A stretch of 63,188 bases of DNA, the filler included, from Chiloscyllium plagiosum (taxonomy: Eukaryota), in assembly GCF_004010195.1 (NCBI RefSeq). It is 10 parts of 5 records of this genome, joined end to end, with 100 filler letters (N's around TTAATTAATTAA, not from the genome) between each part and the next. Parts side by side here need not be neighbours in the genome. Positions count along the whole stretch, not along the records: positions 61,114 to 63,188 come from NW_025214940.1; 9 more parts are not named here. The stretch is one strand, 5' to 3'. This document shows positions 61,734 through 63,188 of this stretch, piece after piece. A program made the position numbers and the translations under genes. The notes below the pieces were generated by a model that saw nothing but the letters and a program-made list of their open reading frames with translations, was not told where the DNA came from and searched no databases. Each line of letters begins with the position of its first letter. Position 1 is the first letter of the stretch.

Positions 61734-62253
61734 GTTTTAGCAGAGAAACTCACAATATCCCCTCCTCCAGGCCTAGGGAACCACATACACTCCCTGCTGC
61801 ACACTGCCCCTCATAGTCCTCCAATTCGATGGTGACATCTAGTCAGGGACTGATGACATCTTTGCCCACATAGGGCAGGTTGTCTCATGAGGTTAATGGA
61901 ATCTGTATAACACGTTTTGTTTTCTTTTCTTCCCTTGTCTGCTGCCATGCTGCCTCATAAGTATGACATGGAGGGTGAAAGGCCAATGCAACTTGATGGA
62001 CAAGTTGCCTCCATTCTGAAAAATGGGCAGCAAACTCCTCCCAGTCTTTCCAATCATTGCCCCTGACAAAGATGGCGTCCACATGCAAGCCCCACTGTCT
62101 GGTGCCCCCAATAAAGATGGCTTGGTTCTCAAGAGGCTGAGAATGAGGAGTTAACAGTAGATAATTAAGAATGATAATGAACAAATATTCTGCTTCTGTC
62201 TTCACTCTTTGAGTTGGGATGTCAAGTTGAGGTTGTACAGGATGTTAATGAGG

Positions 62254-62457
62254 AGAAACTGAGGACTGGAGATGCTAGAGATCAGGCTCGAGAGAGTGGT
62301 GCTGGAAACGCACAGCAGGTCAGGCAGCATCCGAGGAGCAGGAAAATCGATATTTCCGGCAGGAGCCCGATGAAGGGCTTTTGCCCGAAATGTCGATTCT
62401 CCTGTTCCTTGGATGCTGCCTGACCTGCTGTGCTTTTACAGCAACACACTCTCGACC
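62254..62457. mobile_element. Fold-back PLE-derived mini-element (family B) with a 16-bp TSD, inserted in a CR1
   Basis: caggatgttaatgagg at 62238-62253 and 62458-62473. The inverted arms join near 62366. Confidence 0.8.
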
Positions 62458-62559
62458 CAGGATGTTAATGAGGCCTGTTCTGGAGTATTACGTCCAACTC
62501 TGTTTGCCCTGTTATGGGAAGGATATTACAATATAAAACTGGAGCGGAAGCAGCACAGA

Positions 62560-63188
62560 ATTAGAGTCTTACAGCATGGAAACCCTTCAGTCAGACCCGT
62601 CCATGCCGACCAGATATCCCAACCCAATCTAGTCCCACCTGCCAGCACCCGGCCCATATCCCTCCAAACCCTTCCTATTCATATACCCATCCAAATGCTT
62701 CTTAAATGTTGCAATTGTACCAGCCTCCACCACATCCTGTGGCAGCTCATTCCATACACGTACCACCCTCTGCATGAAAATGTTGCCCCTTAGGTCTCTT
62801 TTATATCTTTCCCCTCTCACCCTAAACCTATGCCCTCTAGTTCTGGACTCACCCACCCAAGGGAAAAGGCTTTGTCTATTTAACCTATCCATGCCCCTCA
62901 TACTTTTGTAAACCTCTATAAGGTCACCCCTCAGCGTCCGACACTCCAGGGAAAACAGCCCCAGCCTGTTCAGCCTCTCCCTATAGCTCAAATCCTCCAA
63001 CTCTGGCAACATCCTTGTAAATCTTTTCTGAACCCTTTCAAGTTTCACAACATCTTCCCGATAGGAAGGAGACCAGAATTGCATGCAATATTCCAACAGT
63101 GGCCTAACTAATGTCCTGTACAGCCGCAACATGACCTCCCAACTCCTGTACTCAATACTCTGACCAATAAAAGTAAGCATACCAAATG
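62560..63188 (-). mobile_element. CR1 LINE 3' part (open ORF2 C-terminus, young-looking)
   Basis: ORF 62629-63180 YRSWEVMLRLYRTLVRPLLEYCMQFWSP..VWNELP, followed by the 3' UTR. Confidence 0.93.

Overview
This is eukaryotic DNA, very probably from a cartilaginous fish (shark). The inference rests on HE1-type V-SINEs, CR1/HER1-type LINEs with (CTATGACT)n tails, and a GPR139-like receptor. The window is repeat-dense and appears to be about 10 small contigs joined by artificial N44-TTAATTAATTAA-N44 linkers, so adjacency across those linkers is not biological. No intact host gene is visible. The only host-gene-like sequence is a frameshifted GPR139/GPR142-like GPCR exon (6954-7906). The rest is CR1, L1/Tx1 and Penelope-like (PLE) retroelements, SINEs, Tigger-like MITEs, ERV and Gypsy remnants, and several minisatellites. 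The ERV/Gypsy remnants include a HERV-I/IP-like gag with a tRNA-Pro PBS, an ERV with a tRNA-Ser PBS, and a Gmr1-like Gypsy. The most interesting signal is a set of at least three to four sequence families of minimal type-I hammerhead ribozyme motifs (CUGANGA-stem II-GAAA-palindromic stem III-UH) in PLE termini. Many sit in short fold-back mini-elements whose breakpoints cluster inside the ribozyme, with 8-16 bp target-site duplications and sometimes captured cargo. All family assignments are by eye from motifs and were not confirmed by database search; many boundaries are approximate.
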